Origin: Lama glama
Lineage: Eukaryota
NCBI GenBank assembly: GCA_028534125.1
Contig: CM052817.1
Span: 32,676,001-32,736,000, forward strand
Length of the DNA stretch: 60,000 nucleotides
Direction: 5' to 3'
Under the pieces are notes generated by a model that saw only the letters and a list, made by a program, of their open reading frames with translations, had not been told where the DNA came from and searched no databases. This document shows positions 13,920-25,330 of this stretch, one piece after another; position 1 is the first letter of the stretch, and each line of letters opens with the position of its first letter. A program made the position numbers and the translations under genes.

Positions 13920-14690
13920 ACAACCTAGCACAATGAACACGTGAAAAGATGTTCAGCCTCACTAGTAAACAAGAAATGGCACCTTTTACACCACAAAGAT
14001 CCCATCTCATGCCCATCAGACTGGCAAAGTATCAAGTCTAACAGTACTGAATGTCTGTAAGCATGTGGAGTAACTGGAACTCCCAAAGGCTGCTGGCTGG
14101 AAGGCAAACGGGCACAGCTGCTTTGGAGAGCAACCCAGCAACACATTAGAGTCAAAGACGCCCACTTCGTTTGACCCAGCAATCTCCCCTCTTGGTATGG
14201 ACCACAGAGAAAAACTAAACATATGCACAGGGAGACAAGTTCAAAACTGTCCTGACACACATGCAACACCATAAACCCAAAGATAAAAGGAATAGATAAA
14301 TTGTAGCATAGTCATGTGATGGAATATTACACAACAGCTAAAATAACTTAGAATTACATGTGTTTACATGGATAAATCTCAAAGTCATAATTTAAACAAA
14401 AGCAAACTGAAAAGCAGTGGTTCAGTATTACAAGAGCGTGTTTAAAACAAGAGGAAGCAATACTATATCTGGTTTATGAATACATACGTATCTAGTAAAA
14501 GTATAAAAACATGTGAAAAACACCAAATTCAGAATAGCGGTCACTGTCTGGAGGGAAGGGGGATGAAATGGCGAAGGGCTTGCTTGTATTTGTAATATTA
14601 TATTCCTTCACGGGATGATAGATCCTGGGTGTTCATTCTATCAGTCTCCTTATTTTTCTGTATGCCTGACATTGATCATCACCTAGAAAA
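13920..14690 (+). mobile_element. Old L1M fragment
   Basis: aaagatgttcagcctcactagtaa...tttgacccagcaatctccc (ORF2 end plus 3' UTR). Confidence 0.7.
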
Positions 14691-15769
14691 AGCCCGAAGT
14701 CTGAGCTACTTTAAAGAATTTGAGGGTTCTGAAAAAGGAATCAGAACTTGATGGACAGGTGGAAGGTTGGACCTCTGAGTTGAGAGCTTAGAGAACCAAC
14801 AGGTCTCCCGCACACTCTTAGACCTCTCCACAGCAAATCGTTTTTCTCAGAATTGTGGTAAAATTCCAGGTAGCAGACTTGTGCAAAAATTCTAAGTCAG
14901 AATCCCTGAACAGAAACATTCCAAAAAGCCTTTAGTGCCAGGGTTGGTTGCTGATATAGAACTTATCTGCCTTAAGAAAAGTTTATCCTTGTTCATTTTG
15001 GGGTGGCTGTTCTCTTTAAAGATCAGCAAGGACTTTCAAACCCTTAGCCTAGCATTTAGTTTCATCACAACTGAAGGTTTACTATAAGAAGTTGCATTAA
15101 AAATATTTAGGCCAGAAAAGTTAACTAGACTAAAAGACACCACCTTTTATAACTCTTCCAGTCAATCTGCTTTGGGCTGGCTCCGGGGGAGGCTAGAGAT
15201 AAAACCACCAAGAGACAGATACCCTCCTGATGCTACCACAGAATTAAACACCATCATAAAACCTCAACTCATTCGAACGAACTAGACAGCCCAGGGTAGA
15301 AGGGCAGAAAAGACATGGGAACTAGAGAATTTTCTCTTAATTGCTAAAGAAAATCAAAACTGAAAATTACTTTCAATTACAACCCAAACAGACCAAAATT
15401 CCACATTAGTGAAAAATAAATAAATAGGTTTTACTGTTTGGGTGAACTGGAACACATTAAGTTGACATCCAGAAAATGGTATCACAATCTTTAATTCTAA
15501 CTAAATATTGGCATTCAGCTTTGTTTTCCCCTACAATTCCAAAATAAAACAGAGAAGACTCTGTAGACCTAATTGTCAGGTCCTGACCCAACACAAACTC
15601 CTCCATATTAGATCTGAGAGGCCAGAAGAACAGAATTTTCTTTAAATATTAACCCACCCCACTTCAGGCTGCAATTTCTAAATCTGACAACTATCAGAGT
15701 AGAAGCTCACACATGACTTTAACCACTCTGAGCTGATACATTAGACTTAGCTTACAGTCTCCAATTACC

Positions 15770-15868
15770 TTTTTTTTTTTTTTTAATGGAGGTACAGGGG
15801 ATAGAAGCCAGGATCTTGTGCATGCTAAGCATGCGCTCTACTGGACCCTCTGCTATTACCACCCCCCT
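15770..15868 (-). mobile_element. Vic-1-type tRNA-derived SINE
   Basis: The reverse complement reads agtagagcgcatgcttagcatgcacaagatcctgg...ccattaaaa(A)n. Confidence 0.8.
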
Positions 15869-17635
15869 CACTTGTCTCTGACAATGGGAAGCAGGAGTAA
15901 CAGTAATGAGGAAGAGACAAGTTATCTCTTCCCCCAAATTTTGGGATTTACATATTTTTAAATAATTAAAAATTTTTTTTCCAACTAGTCTCAAAATACT
16001 TGCCTCAAATAAGTAATTGACTTACCAATATAAAATGACCACTATAAAAATCCCCTAGCTTTGCTACAAATTTTTTACTAATTTTACTTTCCCTTCATAT
16101 CAAGGTGACTTCATCTACTTACAAGAATTCAAATCTGGCACTCACAACAGTGCCCAATAATATCCTGGATGCTGAAATGCTAATATCTGGTAAATACAGC
16201 TCCATTTTAAACAAAGTAGCTAGGTACTCAAGTAAAGACTCTAAGAAATACTACTAAGACACTTTTGACAACCAAAAATACATATATCAGCTTTACAAGT
16301 TGAGGGAAAAACTAAGGGCCCAAGAAATACAACAATTTATCCAGAGGCACCATTAGATTCATGCTTAGCTGGAGAGACACTGAAAGGCAGATTCCAGTTC
16401 CAGATTACATTGACTATCATAATGTCCTCATATAAAATTAAAAAACAGTCAATTTTGGGTCAAATGTAAATTATATTAAAGAAAGGCCCTGCTATGTTTA
16501 TCAGTCTTTCTACTATACTGCTTCTGAGATTTTGTTCAACCTTTATCCATGTGGATATCACACTGTATTGAAATTATTCCATCTTCACCAATGTTATATG
16601 CCCACAAGATAAGAAACCACTGAGCTCCTTGGGAATAGGGACTCATCTCATTCAGTTAAGCACCACTAACATGGATGTCCTCAACAGATGGTCATTTCTG
16701 AGAACAAAAATGTGAGCTATTTGACACATGGCATTTCTTCCATGGCACATCTTACAGCAGTATTAACAAATGAAATTAAGATTTGATGATTTAGGCCATG
16801 TTGCATCAGTACAAGTCACATTTCTAGAAGGCACATTTGATTTCTCCTAACAAATGCTTCCTCTTTAGAAAATTCCAAGGCTCTTCAAGCAGAAAATTTA
16901 CCCCCAAAAAACCTTCCATTTGTAGGGCCATAAAAAATATGTAGTAAGTTAAGTCCATTAGTCTGGACAAAAGTCAGAGGATTATCAACAAGGAACATTT
17001 TCTCATGCTTGGTAGCAGGCAGCAGTACATTTTTAAAATTACAACACACCAGCCAAACAAGCTTTACTATCTCTGAACCAGATATACCGTGTGGCTAAGC
17101 TGACAAGCCCAAAGCAAGTTGATCAAGAATCACTATGGCAGGAATTCACATGAACTGAAATTAAAACAAATGGGAACTCGCATTAAACTGCCAATGGACA
17201 ATAAAACTTCAGTGAGGTAGGAGACAAGTGGAGGGATGTGAATGTTTTCCAAGACCCCTATGTCTAAAACTGGCACAAGAAGTGTGGTGGAAAGAAAAGG
17301 TTTTATTTCTCAGTCACACTAAGGATTTGCTACAAGGTTTTTTCCTGCTTTGCTGGGTCCTTTCTTGCCTGCTGGACTAAGCAAATCCACTTCTCAATGT
17401 TAGGTCTTGGTTTGTACAAGCCTCACCTAGAAGGATATCTTTTAACACTCTCTCTGGACACACAGCAGCCTGTTTAAAATATGTCAAGTGACCTGCTTAA
17501 AAAAATGCAATTGCTACTTGCTCCTACTACTACTACTCAAACCAGCTGGGACCAAAAGGAGTCAGGCATGAGAAGGATCAGTTAAGAGTCCCAAAGACAA
17601 ACTAAACGGTGAAGGGAGACCCACAGAAGACCTAC

Positions 17636-17650
17636 CTGGAAACAATTCAT
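17636..17650 (-). CDS. USP46: USP46 alternative first coding exon 1b (MNCFQ)
   Basis: ATG AAT TGT TTC CAG|GTAGG is phase 0 and in frame with exon 2. It matches the recalled short human isoform N-terminus MNCFQ. A TATA box lies ~135 nt upstream. Confidence 0.85.
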
Positions 17651-17760
17651 CACCGAGTGAAAAATCTAAAGAGGGGACCAGTGAAAATGTATCTCTGATC
17701 AAGTGAAAAGACAGCAGTCTCCTCATCACCAAGCCTCCTCTGCAGGAAGTCGGACTGGGA

Positions 17761-17860
17761 GGGACCAGGATGACCTGAGCAGCCTTTTATAAGGGGCGGG
17801 GTTAAGGATTCCCACCTCAGCCTTTGTATACTGCAGACACCTTGGTTTGCATAAATGAAC
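17761..17860 (-). promoter_or_regulatory. USP46: Alternative USP46 promoter (TATA + GC box + octamer-like motif)
   Basis: The minus strand reads CCCCGCCCC-T-TATAAAAG (TATA 17791-17784), with TTATGCAAAC near 17845-17854. Predicted TSS ~17760. Confidence 0.7.
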
Positions 17861-18420
17861 ATGTGGGTTTATATGAGTGACTGCTTCCATCAGGTCCAAG
17901 CAGACATTATCACCACTGTTTTTTAAGCAACTGACACAATAATGAGAAAGATGTGCTGATAACAGCTGACACTCAACAAGTACTTGCTACCGACTAGGCT
18001 CAGTAACATTTAATACCACAGTCCCATGAGGTAGGAACCATTATCAACCTCATTTTTAGGTAAGTTAGAGAGAGAGCAACTTGTTCAAGGACAAAAAGCT
18101 AGTTGTGTTAGAAACAGGACATCGAATCCAGGAAATCTGACTTATGAGCCCAAACTCTTCATCACTTACTCCAGACACAGGGTCCACAGAGAAAGGTAAA
18201 ACTCCCTACTTAAGAATTACCAGTTCCTCACCTCACCAGGGTGATGATCCTAAATTTGGTGCCTTTTTAGGGACTCCACAGGAGGTGTCAACTCTCCAGA
18301 TACAGTATTGGCCCGCTCCTCTCATATTCTCCCTGCAGCTCGCCTCCCTGGCTGAGTTTTACTGGAAACAGGTTGTGACATTCTGCTCAGGTGTGCCAAG
18401 AAGCCCCAGCTGCACTGAGG

Positions 18421-18454
<34 letters not shown>

Positions 18455-20173
18455 GGAGGCTGGCTCTGTCTTGGGGCATGCTAGCTCTCTATAGTTTCCA
18501 GCCTGCTTCAGTACAGAGAGGGGTCACCACACACAAGCAGGACGGGAACACCACCAGTGGCTTCTCCGCCCTGTAAGCCTGAGGCCACCCCAGCAGGCAC
18601 GAAAGAGCTGCTCTGGTTTCACAGTTCCCCTCAGGAGCTGGTCTTAGCGACACAGAAACCGAGAAGAAAGGTATCACCTTTTCACTGCACCAAGCAACAT
18701 TAATGCCACTCGACAGGCAGAAGCAGGAGACCTGTCTCTGCGTGGAGAAGGAAGGGAGGAAACGGCAACACGCCAGGAGCCACCCACCACATCTAACTGG
18801 TCCCGCGCCAGTACCTTTGCAGCGATCGCTCTGGGAAGGCCCAGCATTTGCTCTGCCGATCGCAGCAGTAGCTACATCCAACAGCGCTGAAAACTGAAGC
18901 CAGCACCAGTGGGTCTTGATTCCACCCCTGAGCGAACACATGGCTCCTTAATGCTCCTTTGCCGTGTGTTAATCTTGCAACAGAATGTGGGACAGAAGAA
19001 TTTAAAAGCTGTGTGATGGGAGGAGGGCAGCCAGATCACCTTACTCCCAGGCTTCTCAACCAAGCCTCCTCAGATTCCCTTTAGGGGTGTGTATTACTAG
19101 TTTCAAGGGAGGTTCTCCCCAAACTGGCATTAAAAGAGCATGTGTTCCATCCAGCTGTGGGGAGGGGAGATGACGGTGGGGAGACCCTGGAGAGCCAACG
19201 CAAAGCACACGCTCATCCTGCACAGGAGGGCAATGCCTCCTTACTCCAGGGTGCAAGCTATGCTCCCCAAAGCTCTGACGAGTGGGGGTGCCAGCAGGGT
19301 GCACCAGGGCTGGAAGCTGTTCCTGCAGAAACTGAAAAGGAAGGGAAAGCAATGGGAGAAAACCCGAGTTAAAGTGACCACCACGTCATGAACCCAGTCT
19401 TCACTGGAGCCCAGCGATGTCCCCTTGCTGGGTCCACGCCCAGCAGCCCGCGCTGGGTCTACAGTAGATCAGGCAGGATAGCCCTGGAGATACCCCTAGC
19501 CCGCAAACGGCCCCACCCCTAGGGCCTCTAAATGTTACTGCCAGATAACCTGTCCCCCTTTCACAGATGGGAAAACTGAGGCATCCAAAGCAAATGGCCA
19601 TGCTTTCTCAAACCAGGCAGAAGTTCACTTCCCTAACCACAATTTAGCACTTTTTTTTAAACAGGTTTATCACATTTCAAATTTCTCCATATACACCGAT
19701 TGCTCTGCAAAGTGAATTTTAAATGCAGTTTCAAGAGTGAACTCAAAATGAGATGACGGCAGCCAGGGAGTCCGGCAGGGCTTTATCCACCGCAAGGACA
19801 GGATGGGTGCCCCTCCACCCCCAGCTTCTCCTCCAACCTGGTCCCCCGGGACGTCCGGGTTCGGCCTGCCCCCTCCCCCCAAGACGCTTCCACCGCAACC
19901 CGAGGGCGGAGGCGCAGCGGCGCGGCCCGGGGACCGGAGGGCAGGCTCCTCGGTCCCGGGGCCGAGAGGGAGGCGGGGGGCTCCGGGCCCCTCCCTCGGC
20001 CGCTCCCGGGGCCGCGACCGGCCCGCCCAGCCCAGGGGCCCGGAACTTCTCGCGGCCCCGCCGCCCCCTCGCCCCCACACTCCCCCAGCCCAGGCGGGCG
20101 TGCGGCTCGGCTTTCCCTTTCTTCGCCTCGCCGCGCCTGGGGCGCGACCCCCGAGGCGGCGGCGGCCACTCAC

Positions 20174-20209
20174 CATATTACAGATGGAGGCGATGTTTCG
20201 GACAGTCAT
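20174..20209 (-). CDS. USP46: USP46 coding exon 1a (MTVRNIASICNM)
   Basis: ATG at 20209, 12 codons matching the USP46 N-terminus, then donor GTGAGT (20173-20168). Joins exon 2 in frame and lies in a CpG island. Confidence 0.97.
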
Positions 20210-20213
20210 TAGT

Positions 20214-20243
20214 CTAAAGGTTACAGCGATCCCGCACCGCCAT
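20214..20243 (-). other. USP46 uORF2 (MAVRDRCNL*)
   Basis: aagATGG has strong Kozak context. Its TAG ends 4 nt before the main ATG. Confidence 0.7.
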
Positions 20244-20245
20244 CT

Positions 20246-20272
20246 TTATAAGGTGAAAACAGGACCGGCCAT
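20246..20272 (-). other. USP46 uORF1 (MAGPVFTL*)
   Basis: actATGG has strong Kozak context (A-3, G+4). It ends at TAA 20248-20246. Confidence 0.65.
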
Positions 20273-21823
20273 AGTGGAGCGCTCGCGGGGAGGCCGGGCG
20301 CGGCGGCGGCGGCGGGGAGGCGGCGGGGAGGCGGCCTGGGGTCCGGCTTTCAGTTTGGCTGGGAGAGGGAGGCCGGGAGGGAGGAGAGGAGGCGGGGAGG
20401 GCGGGGAAGGCGGGAGGCGGGCGGGAGAGCGGAGGGGCGGGGAGTGGCGGAGCGGGGGAGCCTGGGCCGCGGCCGGCGGCGCCGGGAGGAGGGGCGGCCC
20501 GAGCGCCGCGTGCAACCCGCGCCCCGAGCGCTCCCGCCGTGCGCCCGGCCCCGACCCGGCCCGGGCCCTGCGGCTCCTCCTCCCTCGTCCGCCCGCCCGT
20601 CCGCCACTCCGGGTCGGCCTTTTTATTTCTTTTTCTTTTTTCTTTTTATTTCCTGCTTCACTCTGGCTGGAATGCGCGGCCAGGCCCTCGCTCGCGCGGC
20701 TGCGGCAGGTCCCCCAGGCGGACCCCGACCCGCCGGCTGCCTCCTCTGCCCTCCGGCCCGGGGGAAGCAGGGACAGCGCCCGCGTGGGGCGCCGGCCGGC
20801 GGAAGGGGCTGTACTTCTGGCCGCCAACGGGCTGGGCAACCGGGCACGTCGCCGCGGAGAGGCCGCCAGGGACAAGGGGCCGCTTTCTGTCTCCACTTGT
20901 TCTTTCCTGCTGCGCGCCCCCCAGCAGCCCCGGGTTTTTATGTTTTAGCGAATGGAGAAGGCAAGGGGCAGGGGTGACAACGTCCAACTTTTCGTTTCTC
21001 CTCGGGGCTCCAGCCAGATGGCACCGGCGGGGACCCAAAAAGTAAACGGGGTCAGGACACGAGCGTGTAGAGAGCCCTCGCCAGCAGCGGGCCTGATGCC
21101 TGGTCCAGGGCGCCAGGAGGGGACAGGAATCCGGGTCTGGGCGGAGGCCAGCCACGGCGCGTTCGGACAATTTGTGACATTAGCAGGTACAAAGGAGAGG
21201 TCTCGGTTCTGGGCAAGGACTAGGGACGGTCCAGGGAGCGATTTGAATCTGCAAAGGACGGAAACCAAACTTCCCCCCATCTTCAAGGAAAACATACCTC
21301 TCTCAGGGACATCCACCTTCTCTAGGTTTTGAGAAGGGTCCTTGTATTGGCTTATACACATTTTCTGCAAAAAAAAAAAAAAAAAAAAAGCGTGGTTTCT
21401 GACTCAAAGCTCAAGTCTACACCACTTAGCAGATCTGTTCCTATGAAGTGGAGGAGTCCATTTCCAAAGGTGCGAAACAATTTTCATGCAAGGTTTGCAA
21501 TTCAGTGCTTTCAACGGAGAAGTTGTACAGGTGAAAGGCGTGATAATTCTTAAACCAAAATATTTTACAATTGAATTAGAGGAGAAATTAATCTAATTGA
21601 AGATAGCTTTTAGCCCGCTTCCTGTCCTCTGTTACTTATTTGGTGTTATGCACCTATGGTTTGAGAACCGCTGATTGCTAGTAACCCTAGGACCTGGGGT
21701 GAAAACGGCTAAACGACTAAAGTTTCGTTGGGGTCATCTTGACTGTGTATTTCAGTGGATTTAAGGAGTAAATTCCTGCTTATATTAAGTCATTCCACCT
21801 ACGTCTTATTTCCAGCAGATCCT

Positions 21824-21880
21824 GATGATGACAATGACGATGACGATGACGATGACGATGATGATGATGCCGATGATGAT
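21824..21880. repeat. Compound (GAT/GAC)n repeat
   Basis: gatgatgacaatgacgatgacgatgacgatgacgatgatgatgatgccgatgatgat, at the end of a MIR. Confidence 0.9.
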
Positions 21881-22859
21881 AGCTCACTTTGATTTCTTAC
21901 CAGTGTCAGTTATGATGTTCTTTACTTCCATGATCTTCAGCACCACCGTGACCATCAGGTAATCAATGCTATTATAATCACCTTTTGTCAATTAGTAAAA
22001 TGAGGCTTAGGGTATCAAGTATCCTACCTCAGTTGTGTTACCCACATGTTACAAATGAAGCCAGTGTGCTAACCTAGCTGAGCACCTTGGGAAAGAAGAC
22101 AGCAAAACACCCAACCTATGACCAGTTGGGTAACTGATACCTAGGAAGGTGTACAGACTTGAGGAAAGCCACAAAACAAGTTCAGGAGCAACCTCAAAGC
22201 TAAAACTGAGACCTTGGGACTCAGTTTCACAGACATTCGCCTGTAAAAGGCTTAATCCAAAGCCTTAAATGGTGTGGAAATTGTATACCATAATAGAGTT
22301 CAGTATTTCTGCCAACATTGGCACGATGGATCACCAAGTCCACAGGATTGAAAACACCATTGACACAATGAACATTGAATATCATCTGACTACAGAGTGC
22401 CTTGTCAGCAAGTTAAACGGATCCTTTGCATGCCTGTTAACAGCCTGTGGTCTAAAACTGAAGTGTTCGATATAGACAGACATCCAGATTGAAACTCAGG
22501 CAGTGAATTACACACACAACAAATCAATTGAACACAGCAGCTCTTGTCAGACTCAATGAATAATTAAAGACATTTTTACACTACTACAAGGTTGGTATTC
22601 ACAGGTCTAAATTGGAAAGGCATCAGTTAAAGAAGAATAATTGTAACCCCAGCCTTGTTCAGGGAGGAAACATTGTTTGGAGGTAATAAGAGGTAAAATG
22701 ATGAAAATGTTGACAAGCTAGTGAAAGAACTTTGAGGAAAAGTGTTTCGCATATAGGAGCCAGCTGGTATGAAGGTATAGAGTTAGAACTGGGAAAAGTA
22801 AGCAAATGGAAAGATGGAACATAGGCTAGCACCAAACAGATGGAGGCACATGATCCAGG

Positions 22860-23195
22860 CCTGGCCAATGAGAGAACGTCATGGCCCAGCCACAGTGATT
22901 GGTTCAGCTAGGAAGATGTAATATAAGCTGAGCCAATAAGAGTCAGCTCTGGGTCTTCCAGGAAAGAAGCACCCCTCTTCTTGAGTTGAGCCGATAAGAC
23001 AAAATCTAGGGCTGCCATCTTTCCACTGCCTGAGAATGAAGAAAAATGAAGCTAAGAAATGTAAAAAAGATCCTAACAACGTCATTTATCCTGTTGCCGC
23101 CAGATCTGTATCCTGGACTCTTCAACTCGCGGTGGTAAAGTCCTTATTTTCTTTGGCAGTTCAAATTGGGTGTCTGCTACTCACAACTGAAGCAA
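22860..23195 (+). mobile_element. MLT1J/K-like LTR
   Basis: cacagtgattggttcag...ctgagccaataagagtc...ttcaaattgggtgtctgctactcacaactgaagc. Confidence 0.6.
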
Positions 23196-24259
23196 TTTTA
23201 ATACACCATTGTCTCCCTGTGCCCGAATTCATTAATTCATTCTGAATTCATGATGTTTTCTTTTGCTCTCTTCTCTACCCGCTAAACAGATCTTTCTAGG
23301 TCTTCCTCCTCCAGATCGGCCTCCTCCATGATGCCTTCCAAGATTGCTTCCCACCACCACTAATGATATGTATCCAGGTGGTTCCATTCTAGCCCTTCTG
23401 TTGTTACCAGTTTTGTGTTGGCACCCCTCCTGCTTCCCCTCTTTGCTTAGTTAACACCACTCAGCCTTCAGATGACCTGAGACAAGTTGGGATGCCTTTG
23501 TCATATGTTCTTACAGCACCATGGATCTTCCCTTTGTGGACCTTATATTTGTAAATATGGCTATGTCGTACAGCACACAGCATGGAGGTAGTAGAGGGAT
23601 GGTTAAAAAATGAATCCTGCATCCAGACTGTCTGGGCTAGCTGTATCATCTTGGGTAAGTGCCTTCACTTCTTGTGCCGAAGTTTCTGTATCTATAAAGT
23701 GAAGATGAGGCCCCCTCACAGATGGTGATGGTGTTAGTTTATGTAGAGTGCTAAAAATATGCCTGGCACATGCTAACCACCACCAAAGTGATAGCTGCTG
23801 TTATTATTGTGCATGTGATTGTTTGATTAATGTCTGTTCCCCAGCCCTTCATTAGATGTAAAATGAGACAGAGGTCTGTTTTTGCTCACCATTTTACACC
23901 TAAGAAAGACAGTGCCTTGTCTGTAAGAGCAGCCAAGAAACCAAATATTAAATATTTGGATAATTGCCTCTCTCCAAGTATCCCAGAAGCTTCTAGAGGG
24001 AAGGAACCTTGTCTTGGGCATTTAAAAAATCTCATCCGGCCTCAGGCACTGTGCCTGGCACATTCATTCCTTTCCTTTTATCCTCATTGCCAAATAGGTT
24101 ACTGCAGCTCATTTGAGATGCAAATGCTAGTAAACATTTGACTGTCTGGGGGGAAAAACACTTTCCTGGCTGTGGGAGTTTAAAATCAAACTGGTTTCTG
24201 AGGATTATATTTCAGTTCATGAGGAACTTTATGACAGCCTTTTTTCCTTTTTCATCTTG

Positions 24260-25330
24260 TGTCGAACAAATATTTATTGAAGACATACTTTAATAAATGC
24301 CAGATGCTGTGTGAGGCATTGGTGACCCTAGGATAAAAGAAGGCAGTCACAGCCCTTGCCCTGCTCCATTTCTAATGCGGTGTTTGTTGGCGTTGTTTAT
24401 GAACGTCTTCACCCCTTTCTGCATGCAGTTAGTATAAAATAAGGATAAGCTGATTTTGGAGTGAGTTCCTGCTGTAAGGAAACAGCATCGAAAATCATGA
24501 GTGCATTTATGGGTGGTTAGAATTCCCTAAGTCTTCGGAACATTTGGCGTATTTTGAAGTGTCAATTGAAATGCCATTGAAGGACTTTTCACCTAGGTTG
24601 GAACATGATTAGATTTTATTTGCTAATACATTTTGATTCACTGAAAGATTACTCCAGCTGGCTGCTGTCTAGGGGAGGCCAGTTAGAAATCTGTGGAGAG
24701 AGTCGCAGAGTTGTCAGTATCCCAGGAATAGGTACAGAGTAGCAGTGGAAAAGGGAGAAGTAGACAGATTGTAGACTTTTTTGGACGTAGTTAGCTGAAT
24801 TTGGTGATTGACTGGGATGAGGGACAAGGCTGAGTCAAAGATGAATCTCAAGTTTCTGACCAGAGTGAAAGGGAATGTCATTGTCTATGCTAGGGAATGC
24901 TGACGGAGAAGGTGTAGGTGTAGGTGGTTGGGTGGAAGTGTGCTTGGTTTCAGAGGTGCCGAGTCGGTGATAACCATGAAACACCTGCAGAGTTACATCA
25001 GGTACCAGTCTGGGGCTCAGAAGAGAGGTCTGGACTGGAGGTAAATCTAAGAGTAATTAATATATAAGATAACAGAGGACACGTGGTTGTGGATGAAATT
25101 GCCTAGGGAGGGTTTTGCCTAGGAGTTTTGCCTGAGATGAGACAAAGAGGTAGTTAGGAAGAGCTCCACCGTGCAAGGATCAGGCAGAGGAAGGGGACCC
25201 AAAGAAAACTACTGCAGTGCTTCTAAAGTGGTAGAAGAAAAGCAAACACGTATCCAGCATCGCAAATGCCAGAGTATTTCAGGATGGAAGCGGGTGGTCA
25301 AAAGTATCAAATACAGCTAAGAAATTAAAG
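24260..25330 (-). mobile_element. L2 LINE fragment
   Basis: aacaaatatttattga..., gctgaatttggtgattgactgg, ggggctcagaagagaggtctggactggag. Confidence 0.7.

Larger units (their letters stand above)
19750..21250. promoter_or_regulatory. USP46: USP46 CpG-island promoter (likely bidirectional)
   Basis: Very high GC and CpG density with many GC boxes and G-runs around exon 1a. A YY1/TISU-like AAGATGGCGG is at 20246-20237. Confidence 0.9.

Noticed and set aside
19670..20173. Continuation of the USP46 exon-1 ORF to 179 aa
   Set aside because: Read-through past the GTGAGT donor into GC-rich intron; the real CDS continues in exon 2.
19803..20948. 381-aa plus-strand ORF and other overlapping ORFs across the USP46 island
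   Set aside because: Pro/Gly/Arg/Ala low-complexity products expected from stop-poor GC-rich DNA, with no recognisable domain.
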